A stretch of DNA of 61,530 bases, filler included, from Choristocarpus tenellus KU-1152 (lineage: Eukaryota; Protista; Phaeophyceae): NCBI GenBank assembly GCA_964200185.2. It is 15 parts of 15 records of this genome, joined end to end, with 100 filler letters (N's around TTAATTAATTAA, not from the genome) between each part and the next. Parts side by side here need not be neighbours in the genome. Positions count along the whole stretch, not along the records: positions 36,400 to 43,026 come from CAXNAD020007722.1; positions 43,127 to 45,870 come from CAXNAD020025116.1; positions 45,971 to 50,181 come from CAXNAD020015672.1; positions 50,282 to 55,522 come from CAXNAD020011382.1; 11 more parts are not named here. One strand, given 5' to 3'. The position numbers were made by a program, and so were the translations under genes. Positions 40,512-52,855 of the stretch are shown one piece after another. The notes under the pieces were generated by a model. It made no database searches, was not told the origin of the DNA, and worked only from the letters and a program-made list of their open reading frames with translations. The number at the start of each line of letters is the position of its first letter. The stretch's first letter is position 1.

Positions 40512-42022
40512 TCATATGGGACTGGTCCAGAACCAGGATCTCGGCTCCGCGTTGGGCTCCGTGCTGTATTGTTGTTGAAGAAGCTGGATATTTCGCACCT
40601 CGTCATTCTCCCATTTGACATCATAGGGGTAGCTGAGTCGCTCCTCTCCCACTGGCTCCGTATGGCGGGGCTGGTATTTGGTGACGGTCCCTCGCATCCA
40701 CTGCTCGTCCATCCGAAAGTACAGTCCCCTGCCCTTGGCTCTTGAATGAAGTGTCCCTTCCCCGTTCAAAACTGGCACGACCCTCAATGATGGTTCGAGG
40801 AGGATGTATGTCCCGGTATCCTTCTCCTCCTCTCTACGGTTCGCCTGTAGAGTCATCCGCGCCCTGGGCTGCAGTCTTTTCGCGGTCCCTTTTCTCCTTT
40901 TCCTTTAGTTGTTCGACCCCCTCCTCGATCTCGTCCTCTGTCATGAATGACCTCAGCTCAGGTGGCAAGGAGTTCTCACCGTTCAGACCCTCGTAATGTA
41001 CCAAGTAGGTACATGCCCCGGAATCGTCTATGTCAACGTCACGGACTTGCACCCGGATGATAGCATCTCCACCCCCGCACAGGATGAAAGTGGTGCCTCA
41101 GCTGAACTTGGCATTGGATGTGTCTCCACGTCTGCGTTGTCTGGAGAAGCGAACAGGGATCCCGCCGAGGGATTGACGATTGGATTCCGCAGTGAATCTC
41201 TGGTATTGAACGGGGAGGATGGCGTAGATATCGTCGAGGTTGTTACGACGAAGGTGTGTGAAGTCAGGCTCGACGATAGCCTGAAGGGGGACAACACGGG
41301 GACCCGGTTGAGCGACCTGCACTTCGAGCACGTTTATTGTGTTGATGTGGTTGGGGTGGCGAGTTAGATATTGAAGACCATCGTGTGAGAGACGGGGAGT
41401 GATGATAGTGGGTAGTTGTTGTTTGGCGGAGTTTCGTGCCCATGCTAATATGAACCAAAAACGAATATCCACGATGACAAACTTGAAGGGGAATTTTTTT
41501 TGGACGGAATATTATGGTATATAATACAATATTGTAAAATTCTCCGACCTGAGTGATTTGTATGTTTCACAAAATAATTGGACGCATTTCCGTTTGTATT
41601 TACAAGAGAATAATATTAGTACAAATCTCGGGTGCCTCACCCGGTTCGCACTTGAGAGGCGAACTGTCGGTACTCCATCAACGAAAGTGGCAGTCAACAT
41701 ATTTAAGTCTTCCCTCACAAACACCACCTCGTCATCAGCACTGAACATCCCTCCGTAGCTGGAATGCTCCCTGGAGTTCCATTTCACTGTCTCCTTCTTG
41801 CGTATGTTGAACGGCAGGAACTCCAACCCATCATATTCCGAAGACTCCGTCCGCACAATGCATACATTCCCCGCTTCGAGCTGCCTCTTCTTCCTAGAGA
41901 GATGACTCCTGAGGTAAATGTCACACAGGTCGTCCTCGGGGGAAAATCCGAGGTGGATCTCCTTGAGTACAGGCACGTGTGTGCCCTGCCACTTGGAGCC
42001 CGCGAGGTTGCCAATTGAACAG
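40512..42022 (-). pseudogene. Unknown spliced gene with Tudor/SH3-like modules, copy 2 (probably transposon-borne); exon 41641-42022 plus exon about 40512-41380
   Basis: Exon bounded by caccag| and |gtgagg encodes KWQGTHVPVL...LEAGNVCIVRTES...FLPFNI...VKWNSREHSSYGGMF. Downstream blocks VQVRDVDIDDSGACTYLVHYEG and GRGLYFRMDEQWMRGTVTKYQ...YPYDVKWENDEVRNIQL are broken by a stop and a frameshift. Collinear homology with 31525-33464. Confidence 0.55.
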
Positions 42023-42960
42023 CTGGTGCAGTAGCACGACACCTCGGTTCTTTTGTTCTCAAAATACGTGTCACTTGGTAGGGTTTGGGTCATAAACCCA
42101 TCATACCCTTGACTTGTTCGGGATTGTTTTAATGTATTATTTTAGATCCTTTTAATTCACTTACTATTGCAAGCAGTGCAGAGAGTGATATGATTGCTCA
42201 TTGCATTCTTTTGTATGCCTCTTTCCCCACGATATCTTCTTTGTAAAACGACACTAGGAATTGGGAGTTAGTATAGCACTTAGTACATACTACAGTGCAT
42301 ACAGTCTAGTCACTAATTGTGGATGGGTTTTTCGTAGATTTAGCGTTTTCCACTTAGACTTTTACATATTGTGAATAGCATCATAAGTATGTATCCAATG
42401 TATCACATCCTACGTTTGCTGCAAAAGGTCCTCACTGGTTTCAAGCCAAAATAAACAAGATGTCCCCAAGATTTGCATTTTAAATATGCTGTGACAAGCA
42501 TGCGAAAAATACAACTTTTTCTACGTTGTAAACAACTTTTTCTTGAATCTTATGTACAAATTGTTTAGACCATGAGAAATCCTCTCAAGTCAATCTTAGC
42601 ATCTCAACCACAAAAATATGGGTGAATCGTAATCTAACCCTAAAGTGACCTAAAATGAAAAACGTGCAAAACCTGGGTACCTCTCGTTTATTTTGACTCT
42701 TCTTTGCGCAAGGATTATTGGAACTCATAATGCCCAAATTTCCTGTGGAAATAACATCGAAGCGGTCAGATATCATGTATACTAGATATAACATGAAAGA
42801 GAAGGACTTCCTCTTGCTGAAATGAATACATCTGGAATGGATGTACTGTTTCACGCAAATGAAACGGAGCGCATTTATCAACTGGATAGTTGTTTATAAT
42901 ATCATGCCCTCTGACATTTTGCACATGTGTTGGGGAAAATCAACAAAAACTATTCACATA

Positions 42961-43336
42961 ACAGCCGATTTCAAAAATTGAGGATGGAGCTTTTCATTGA
43001 AGATGGGCTTGACCCAAAATTGACTGNNNNNNNNNNNNNNNNNNNNNNNNNNNNNNNNNNNNNNNNNNNNTTAATTAATTAANNNNNNNNNNNNNNNNNN
43101 NNNNNNNNNNNNNNNNNNNNNNNNNNGCTTGGTCGAGGTCGCTTCCAAATCGTAGCAGTGCCCTCCACAAGCACCGAAATATTTTTTGAACAAAAACATA
43201 TCCCATTCAAAAAGGGGCCCTCAAAAAGTGCCGCAGCAATTAGAAAAAAAAAAACTATGGACGATTTCCGCGCACCATTTTGGGTCAAACCCATCCTCCA
43301 TAGTATGCTCCATCCTCAAGTTCGCTGAGAGGCTGT
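42961..43336. mobile_element. MITE family C (ACAGCC...GGCTGT, long imperfect TIRs); both arms flank a gap
   Basis: Left arm also at 23974-24039, right arm also at 3866-3942 and 36430-36465, internal piece at about 50320-50355. Confidence 0.7.
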
Positions 43337-44388
43337 TTTAAGAAGTGCTCTATCTAGAGGATTGGAACACAAAATATGTATGTCCATGACAGAAAAACAT
43401 ATGTGTTCTACCTTAAAAACCTAGGGGTTACAAAGACAAAATGAATCTTTGCAACAAAGAGATCCTTGGGTCATTATGGTGATAAAGTCACCGTGCCTCA
43501 CCTCATGTAATTGTGAGTGGGTACAACTATCGCCTACGAATGATTGTGGGATGTGCTAGGCCACAGTAGATGTATCAAGAGGAAAAGCATTGAGGCGGAG
43601 GGTTGGGAGAAATTGGATCAGTGGTAAAATTTCTAGGAATGGATCATCACCCTGAGTATTGCCTTGCTTCCATGCGAGGAAATCGTTATATCCTTCCTGT
43701 AAGAAAAGGGATTGTCCACTCCAGTTTTGGAGGAATTTACACACTCTCTAACCTTGTTGAGTGGAAGAAGGATTTACCTTGACTGGAGAAAATTCTCAAA
43801 ATAGCCTACACATGCATACACACCAAGCTTGAGAGGAACACAACTGACCTTCATAGAATACCAACCGATTCCTCCTCTCTCTGTTTCAGTAGTTGCTATA
43901 ATCGGAAACATCCAAGAAAGCATCGTCAAAAACATAATGTGCGTTCCGCCCACAAAACCGATCCAACTGGTTGGAGCAACGACATGCTTGACATCCACTT
44001 TCTTTCAAATATAACAAAAAAAACATGCTGCGTGCACACCACAACATATACTTCTGATACACAAACACTGAACATTTGGCAGACAGAAAACAGCACGTCA
44101 TCCCTAGTGCACGTTTTTCTTTCTATACATTGGATTCAATGGTGGGCATAGTGGGACTGTCCCTGGATCAGAAAGGATCGGCAACGCACACCCACAATTA
44201 CACCGTACAGAAGAAATGAAACTACAAGAAAATACATCCTTCCATATCAACATCCATACCAACACTCATACCAACATGTTGGTATATGAATGCAGTAAGC
44301 ATAGAACAAATGGTTTACAACTGGGACACAACAAATGCAACTGTTGCCTTGACTGCCTCTCGACTGCTTCTTCTGCAAGGTCACCTTC

Positions 44389-44647
44389 GAGTGAAAGTAT
44401 CTTAGAGGGTATGAGTTTTTCCCTGTTTGTCCATTTGGGTCTTGGCTTCCCACGGGTTTTTTATGACATTTTCGTACTCCGAAATGTTTTGGAGTAGGCA
44501 AAATGTGTACATTATGAAATGTGTGTCCGGAACAAGGATATTGACACTTCCTAACAAACACAACAGCCATTTTTTTTTATCAAAATCGCAGCATTGCATT
44601 TTGGTCCCCAAATGGACGCAGCTCTACCCTCGAAGATACTTTGACTC
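44389..44647. mobile_element. MITE family B (about 260 bp), intact copy
   Basis: TIR GAGT(G/C)AAAGTATCTTAGAGGGTA, flanked by TTC/TTC. Partial copies at 11457-11497, about 16299-16440, 36069-36299 and 58001-58070. Confidence 0.85.
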
Positions 44648-45572
44648 TTCAGGCCCTTGCATATAAAAGGACAGACCAGTAGGCACGGAAGCTAGGCAGG
44701 GCAATGTGAATCGCTAACTGACCGTAGTGCAATCACATTTGCTCTTAAGTGCTACCAGCTTCATTGAGCAAAGCACAGTCCATACAGCAGATGGTGTCAC
44801 TTTGAGCAAATCTCTACATCCTACCCTGGACTTAGACACTGAAGCTCAGAATAGGCCAGGTTAAGGTTTCTTTGACTTGTTGGGAGAAAGGTTCTCCTGC
44901 ATGGCTTTCCACCTCAAAGTCTCAATGAGGTCTCTGATATGCTTCCTCTTGTCAGAGATAGCCTTTTCATCAAACCAATCAGGTTTCAGCATACTCCCCT
45001 TGCTCTTGTTTGCAACAAACCTGGAGTACACGAAAAAGTGTGATTGTAAGTTTGCCACAAAACGTTCTGAATAAAATCCAAGTTCGTTGGTATGTGGATC
45101 AGAACACAGGACAAGGTACACCTCAGATACAGACATCCGATCAAGAAGAGATAATTACACGGACGGAAGAGACCGCATTCTTCAAGGACTTGGTCTACGG
45201 AAAATGAACATTGCACAATGATGTCCAAGCAAGGCCGTCTGGCCTTTTCAGGATGACATCATTGCTGGCAACATGCTGAATTGAGGATATAAAGTTGTTG
45301 GTAAACTGTGCTTGTGCATCAATTCAAGAGCTGTGTGTATCTCTCAGATCCAAGCAGAAGGGACAAGGTTGAGGGCAGATATTGAAAATCTCCAATTGCT
45401 GAGAAACAATATGTTGATATTTCAGGGTATTTTTTACTGTGACCAGATGTAGAGATGAAGACTTTGTTGTTGTCGAGAAGAAAGACTGCAACCCAGAGAA
45501 ATCGCCTACAATCAAATCACGTACATCAAATGAGGGATCACATTATTAAGGGTCATTGCAGAGTCTCAGCCT

Positions 45573-45870
45573 GTTAAGAACATGCTTTTTATTCATGTGT
45601 AAAATGTGATTCTGTGGGAGAAACGTTGAGTTGTTGAAATATTGTTGGATAATGGGATAATTGATAGTAATGGTTTTGTCAGGTGACAACGGAAATATTG
45701 TCCGGGTTATTATAGTACAACAAGAAAAATCTTAGAAAAGGAATATTGTAGCAAGTAATATAGCAAGTAATCATGGATTGAGTGACATGATATCAGAATA
45801 TGTGATGACCCCCTTTGAGCTTTGAAGCTCACTCTCCTTTCTTACACCTTCCTTACTTCATGTACAACCT
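45573..45870. mobile_element. Partial LTR, same family as 32976-33332
   Basis: Shares TGTTAAGAACATGCTTTTTATTCATGT and TTGAAGCTCACTCTC...TTCATGTACAACCT. Confidence 0.7.
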
Positions 45871-46361
45871 NNNNNNNNNNNNNNNNNNNNNNNNNNNNNN
45901 NNNNNNNNNNNNNNTTAATTAATTAANNNNNNNNNNNNNNNNNNNNNNNNNNNNNNNNNNNNNNNNNNNNCAATGTCAGGGGCAGGTTCCTTTTTTGGGA
46001 TCTCCGACACACACACTTTTGCATAAGACGCGCGGTCATATACAATTGTGCGCTCCAACCACGTCATTTGAGCTCACCCATACCGACCAGTCCAATAAAT
46101 CAATCACACCCATAGGATCCGGGTTTGACCAAACAGCCAAAATGGACTGTCAGAACGAAGAGACATTCCGATTCTGACCGATCCATTTCTTGGCTGTGAG
46201 GTTGCTCAGTCATTCGGGAACACCTGTTGTGTTTTGAGGTTTTTGTTCTGTTCTGGATTTCCTCATCTGTTCTNNNNNNNNNNGTGAAAGAGTTCACTCC
46301 GGTGATTGTCATTTCCCCCTTGAGCAGAGAACTTGGCACCTTTGACACTTCCACATATCTC

Positions 46362-46421
46362 ATTAGTTACATCTCTCATACACAAAATAAGGTACACCTC
46401 ACTTTTGTCCTATTTTGCACA
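46362..46421 (-). mobile_element. LTR 5' terminus, same family as 25842-26441
   Basis: ATCTCTCATACACAAAATAAGGTACACCTCACT(A/T)TTGTCCTATTTTGCACA is shared with 26391-26441. Confidence 0.65.
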
Positions 46422-47169
46422 GTTTGAAACTCAGGAACTGAAGTCGATGGACATGGCAGTGTGGTCTTTTGGGAGGCGGGATTTGCAGTGTTTGTATTGT
46501 CACACCTGCCAGATGGTGGTGTTGCGATGAAGGGAAAAGCTATGGACGAAGTTGGTGAAGAGAACCTCGACGAGTGTGGGGAACCCGTCCATCTGTGGGA
46601 ACAGGACCTGATCGTACAGGGAGCAATAATTCCTATGTTTTTTTTTAAAGTGACCCATTGTAATGATTAAGATGTTGCTGTGGTACAATTGAGTGTGTGT
46701 TGAGTTCGGGGGGAGGATTTGTTTCCTGTTAGACGAAGACATCGTTACACATGCAGCATTAACCGCCCCTTTGGTCCTGGCAACAGACTTACCTTTCGCC
46801 TCCTGTTATGTTTGTCCGTAGACCCTGTGTTATCTTCATCATCATTCTCCTCGGTTCTACTGCTCCTCGAGTTGGAGCTAGACTCTCCCGCTATGCAGGT
46901 GGCGAGGATAAAGTCAGCAGTCATGAGATTCTTGGCCCTCAACTCTTCATACTTTACCTTGATCCTCTCGATCATTTCCATCATTTCATCCTTCATCGCC
47001 CCATTGGGTGTGGTGAGGCTAATACGAGAGAACAGCGCGTTGGGAACAGCACGTAAAAACGGAGATGTTGTGCAGCGTGAGTGAGCGACACAGCATATAA
47101 ACTTATGACATGTTACTCTGAGCTGCTGATCATTTTCTACGTCTAAGACATCACAGGGTGGGGGATTGG

Positions 47170-48030
47170 TTGGATATCATGTTGCTATGGAGTTAGCCGT
47201 GGATGTGCACAAGTCACACCTTGATCTCGCAGGAGGTTTTCGTTGCAGGTCCGTCTCCGCAATGGGGGTGTATGCGTGGACAAACTGATTCCATGTATCC
47301 TTTGTACTGTGTAAGTTGAGCATACAAGGGCACTTCCAGATGGGATGGGATTTCCAGTGGCACCTTTTGCATGTACTGTCCACACAAGAACTTTTCCACA
47401 ATCACCTTCTGAGCCAGCAGTGGACTGTTTGTCGAGGGGCTCCAGTACAGTCCTCTCACACCTTTTGCGATGTGATGCTTAAGATTGGTGGACGTTTGTT
47501 AACGTCTGGGCTTGGAAACGAAATTATGTGGAATTCGCGAACACCAGGCATATTTGGCGCATGTATGTGTGACAAGATGAACGCGAATTGAGAACAGATA
47601 TTTGGCTTGCGTATTGGTGCTGGGAGAGCATGGTATCTGTGGTATATGTTGTTGGGGTGAAATTATTCCAGAGAGGTTGGTGTGTGGCCTTATACCAAAA
47701 CTTACGAGAGGAAGTCCATCATATTGACAGCGCTCTGGAGTGCAACCTTGACTTTTTCGGAGTCGCATCCTTTGCCCTTGTCACAGAGGTCTCAGCTGCA
47801 TGTGCAAGCACGGTGGCCATCATCGCTGACCATTGTCCTCGAGTATATTTTGTTGCAGTTCTCCCTCTGGCACTGAACCAAGAGGGTGCTGGACATATGG
47901 TAAATGCAAACGCATGTGCTGCGCGATGATGTGCAAGAGAGGACAAAGGGAGACAGTGCGTGTTTTGTGGTGGGCGAGGGATGAACCGGTATGGGACTCT
48001 TTGGTTGGCGGTGGTATAGAACCATCGACT
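47170..48030 (-). pseudogene. Degraded Cys-rich, transposase-like gene fragment (possibly Sola-like)
   Basis: PFVL...RSTCVCIYH...CTCS*DLC, a donor site at 47705 (ctc|gtaag), then WKSSCVDSTCKRCHW...WKCPC...WNQF. Contains stops. Confidence 0.3.
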
Positions 48031-48539
48031 CTTTCTCCTGGACTATCTTGTAGGACCCTGGATGTAAAACGGTTTTTTTCCGTACACACCTTGGTGTGGC
48101 CTTTGTGATATAGAATGGTCCCCATTTTCACTAATGTCGACAGATAGGGTATCGGTTCAGTTGTTGCCTCAATCTCACACCTCTCCCTAAAGTTTGCGTA
48201 GACATCCTCATCCGTCTCAATTTGTGACCCCACGTATCTGTGGGGGGGGGGGGGGGTCTACACCACAGTGCATCACAAAGGAGCCTTTCTTAAACAATGA
48301 AACAGAGGACCTTTGTTGTACGTTTTCGTCGTATGTTTTTGTCGTATTTTTTGTTGAGCGTACAGGAGACGGGAGATTCCGGGTTCGAGTACTTGTTGAA
48401 AAGACGTATTGTTTAGGTTGGTATTGACATACTTTCGTAACCGGTGGTGCATGAGACGTAGAGGACCACAGGTCGTGGTTGTCGGAAATGGGAGACGACC
48501 CTCCAGTATCATGTACAGGCGTAGTACAGAGATGTTGCT

Positions 48540-48800
48540 GAGTGAAATTATCTTAGAGGGCAGGAATTTTGCCCTGTTTGTTCATTTGGGGCGTGGCTTC
48601 CCACGTTTTTTTAATGGGAATTTACCTACTCTGAAATGTTTCAGAGTAACTAAAATGGATACATTATGAAAAGGTGTGTCCGGAACAAGGATAACTGACA
48701 TTTCCTAACAAACACAATAGCCAAAATTACATCAAAATCGCAACATTGGATTTTGGTCCCTAAATGTATGCGGCTCTACCTTCTAAGATACTTTGACTTC
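48540..48800. mobile_element. MITE family B
   Basis: TIRs present; flanks TGCT/TGCT if one extra base is allowed at the right end. Confidence 0.85.
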
Positions 48801-49591
48801 TGCTCCATATCGCAGATGAATTCGGTGTGTTTCGTTACCGAATGTCTGAGCATCTCGATCCTGATGTTATTTTTTGGGGGCATGTCGGACAGTAAATGGG
48901 TTGGTACGTCGATGTCAACCCGTCCTTGGGTAATTTAACATCGGAAGCAATGCCCACGAGGATTGAGTTTTACACCTGGCTAGTGTGTTTGATGCTAAGA
49001 CCTTTCTTGATCAATCCGAGGAAGATCTTGACCTGGACATCGGGTGCACATTCATGTTGCTCCTGAGCTAGTACATCTCACAGCGCTTTCGCCAAGGGCG
49101 CAATCTTAGTATCCTCGTCCAAGAACCAAGTGGCAAGATCGTTCCAAGTGCATTTGTCTCCTTCGCCCTAGTGTTAGTATTGTTAATCTTGGTCGACAAG
49201 CATGGAGAGGAATAGCTGAAGGATTTGGTCGGTCTTGGATTTCTTCCAAGATCGAAGAGTACTGCTGTTGATGATCTTTTAAGTCCCTGCTTCCTGAAAG
49301 GGAGATATGAGAGTTGATCGTGTGTGCTCTGTGTGGGATTGATTTCGTTTGCATTGTGGTTTGGGTATTCAAGAGATGAAGAGTGAGCGCTACACCACAA
49401 TAGCTAGCTAAGCTGGATGTAGAGAAATTAGGCACATTGTATGTTAAGTCGGTCTATGTAGGTACAACTGGCATTGAACATGAGAAAATTTGTGGAAATG
49501 TTTAGACCACGACGACGGAAACTAACTTTGGATGTCTATGTTGAAAAGGTGTGCATTCCGTGTTCAGACATGTGAAAGCCACATCTTTTCC

Positions 49592-49798
49592 GAAGCGTTT
49601 GGCAAAATTAAAAGTAAAAGAAGGAATTGATGCGGGTCACCATCCGCCACCAGAGAGACATATGTAGAAGTAGGGTTAGGATCAACGAACCCAAAGCGTT
49701 TGACAAAATTAAAATCGTCAAGGGAAATTGGTTCGAGCCATCGTCCGCCACCAGAGAGATATGAAGAATTTTTGGCCTACGATCGACGAATCTAAAGT
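49592..49798. repeat. About 100-bp degenerate tandem duplication
   Basis: AAGCGTTTG(G/A)CAAAATTAAAA...TCCGCCACCAGAGAGA...GATC(A/G)ACGAA x2. Confidence 0.75.
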
Positions 49799-51078
49799 GG
49801 GGTGTACCCTGAAATATAATTAAGGTTTTTAGTTGCTAAACATGGCCCTAGTATCATTCGCTGGAAGGCCTCAAAAAATGGGGTAAGATTACTTTGTCGG
49901 GAATGACACACAGTTTGGTTTCAACTATCTTCAGAACACTGCAGGGCATATGAAGCGTAAGAACAGTCGCTACATATCACACACACAGGCATAATATGTG
50001 TCGCTTGAGTTACGTCAGACATTGATTCAAGTTTGCTGTGTTGTTTCTTCGTTTTTGTTTTTCCCTTCCTTCTTTTTAACAGCAGAAGACTCCAATTGCA
50101 TGTCAATTGTAGCTCAAAGTATCTGGGAGGGGGTGGCGGCTGTCCATTTGGGGTCAATTTTTTCATGTCGCGATTTTTGGGNNNNNNNNNNNNNNNNNNN
50201 NNNNNNNNNNNNNNNNNNNNNNNNNTTAATTAATTAANNNNNNNNNNNNNNNNNNNNNNNNNNNNNNNNNNNNNNNNNNNNCCCCCCGTGGGGGGGCCCG
50301 CCTGTCCTTATACCTTAGGCTTAGTCGAGATCGCTTCCAAATCGTAGCGATGCCCACCTTTTCTGAAAGCTGAGATTGTCAACCCGATTTCATTCTGCGG
50401 GGTTATCGTCCGATTCGACGCCGTTCTCGCTCGGCGAGTCCAGATGTTTCGCGGTACAAACTTCTGGCACAGAGAGGTAGTAGGTGCATATTATCAACAT
50501 CAGAGTAGTAGTTATGGGGGTCAGGAAAAGAACAAAATGAGCCATCCCGTAAATCATACAACCCGTTTATTCACTTCAGATTTGATTTATCAGTTTCACA
50601 GTAGTGACACGTGCTGCCTAGTTCATGACACCTCCATGCTACAAGTAGTATGGAGAAGTAGTTTAGGGGACCCATTTAAATAAGGCGTTGCCTCAGCTAT
50701 TATTGCCGTGACTGGTCACTTTCTCTTATGATTATGATAGAGTACACCTCCTCTTTGTGGGGTATATTGTTGTGAGGTTGCAAGTTCTACTACTACTACT
50801 ACCACTACAAGATGAGTCACCTATAATAGCCTCATCATTTCCCAAATAGGAGATGTATTTGGCACTAACTTGACTGGCGAGTTTTCATTGGCATCTAATA
50901 TGTAAGGCATCTTAAATTGTTGAGGAGCAAATTCTGGGCCATAATTGAACAACAATTAACATAAAACTAGGAAAAAAAAACTACGCCATGTAGTAAAATA
51001 GTCCATCGTAAAGATTATTGATGGTCTGTTGATGTGGATTGCATTGTTGCTGGCTGGGAATTAATACATACAAGTTGT

Positions 51079-51201
51079 CCCTGGAGGAAAACGATAGCCT
51101 CTGGGGATGAGCAAGGTATCCTGGAGGAAAACGATAGCCTCTGCGGATGAGCAAGGTATCCTGGAGGAAAACGATAACCTCTGGGGATGAGCAAGGTATC
51201 C
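51079..51201. repeat. 40-bp tandem repeat x3
   Basis: CCTGGAGGAAAACGATAGCCTCTGGGGATGAGCAAGGTAT. Confidence 0.95.
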
Positions 51202-52855
51202 ATCTGTATGATACACACACATCACAACATACTGTTTTTGGATGCATCATTGTTCACTGTCTAATAACACAAAAGGATAGATAGGACACCCTGCCCAACC
51301 ACATAAAACTGCGTGCATAATAGAAATAATGACGTTAATTGTCCTTTGAAGCAGTATGTAAGATGACAGGATGCAGTACCGGAACCAACTGGGTACATCA
51401 GTCCCCAGGAGGATAGGAGAACACTGGGCCACAATAATAAAGAAGTGAGGGTTTCATGACACATTGGTTGTTATAGGACAGTCTCTGTTGGCATACTTTC
51501 CAGAGTCACACGATATACTTCAAAATTTTCAGGCTTTCTATCTTGGGCATCTTTGAAGAAGGTATGCTTTGAGACTTTCATACTCTTCTGCTATTACCAA
51601 CCAATGATCAGATTTTTTTTTTCACTTTATTTTTTTGGTCAATTCCAACCATGCATACATACTGATCTACATGTCCTTGGTACACATGCCAATTTGCAGA
51701 GATTGGTGTATTATGGTCACAACCACTTGCTACAAAAAAAAATAAACCACACACGGCCAGTATACCCAAAGACACACCATGAAGGAGGAAACTCTCCTCT
51801 GGATTAATTGCCTTCAATCATAAATTATAGCTTCTACTCATTTGACTTCATATCCCTGGGGGGGATCTATGACATGAGAGCAAGTAGGACATCTAGTAAC
51901 AAGTCAGAATTGTGTTCAATGCAACTCTGAGGCACCATGCTAGGCAGCTGAGGAATCCAAACCTGGACAACGAACAAACACACACAAACTAACAGATCAA
52001 ATTGATTGGTCCAAGACTGCAACCCTGGGCATATAGCAGTCAACATGAGCTCTCTTATGGGGTATTAAATGAAGTGCATCTTGCAAACACACCTCACCCG
52101 CAGCAAGTCAAGTAGCTGGACTGATTCTGCAACCTATGGGGGCGATGCCATTGCTCATCTTGGTGACCCGAGAGCAGAAAAGACGTACCAGTGACAGCCA
52201 ATGGGATTTCACTCTGCCTTCATTTCGAGACACCTACTCTACCGCTCTGCATACCAATATGATTTTATTTCCGTCTCATCTCAGTAACCTTTTCTAAATA
52301 CCAATACTCTTGCACGCCCATCACAAGAAGATGCTTACTGCAAGAACTTCAATGCACACTTGTTACAAATCTGAGTCGTCCCTTAAAAGCAATGGACAGT
52401 GAGGACAAGTGCCATGTCACAAACCAAACAAGAAAATCTGTTCCCTAAAGACTACGGCACACAGCAGGCGAGGAAGACAGGACAAGAAGGTGCCTGCCCT
52501 CCCCAACAACTTTCACTCACCCTGGCAACTCAGACCTTCACAGTTGTGTGGTGGCAAAAACATGCCTCACCAACACCACCCTACATACCATTCTATCCAA
52601 CATAGTCCAGTCCTTGGTGCACATGCAGCCACCACGTACTTGCACCAGTTTTGTCCCTCCCCCACCCCACCCCCACTTCAACTTACTGCTGTTGATCACC
52701 TCACAACAAAACATACCTTCAGTACCAGAGCCCCAATCCCTGCCATAATCATTTATTACTCTCACAAGTCATGAGAGCCAGTCAGCTATCCAAAGAATAC
52801 CAACATCAAAAAAACAAGGAGTAAGAGAAGAGGAGGAGGGGGAGGAGGGTCCATT

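Noticed and set aside
8453-42022. Physical linkage of the Sola-like exons and the Tudor-like gene copies within this window
   Set aside because: They lie on different contigs separated by artificial spacers. The link is kept only as a hypothesis.
47300-47401. Fanzor/TnpB zinc ribbon (STCKRC...WKCPC), and NAANL at about 5860-5880
   Set aside because: No RuvC motifs (DPG, catalytic Glu, RDxN) in the right order nearby.
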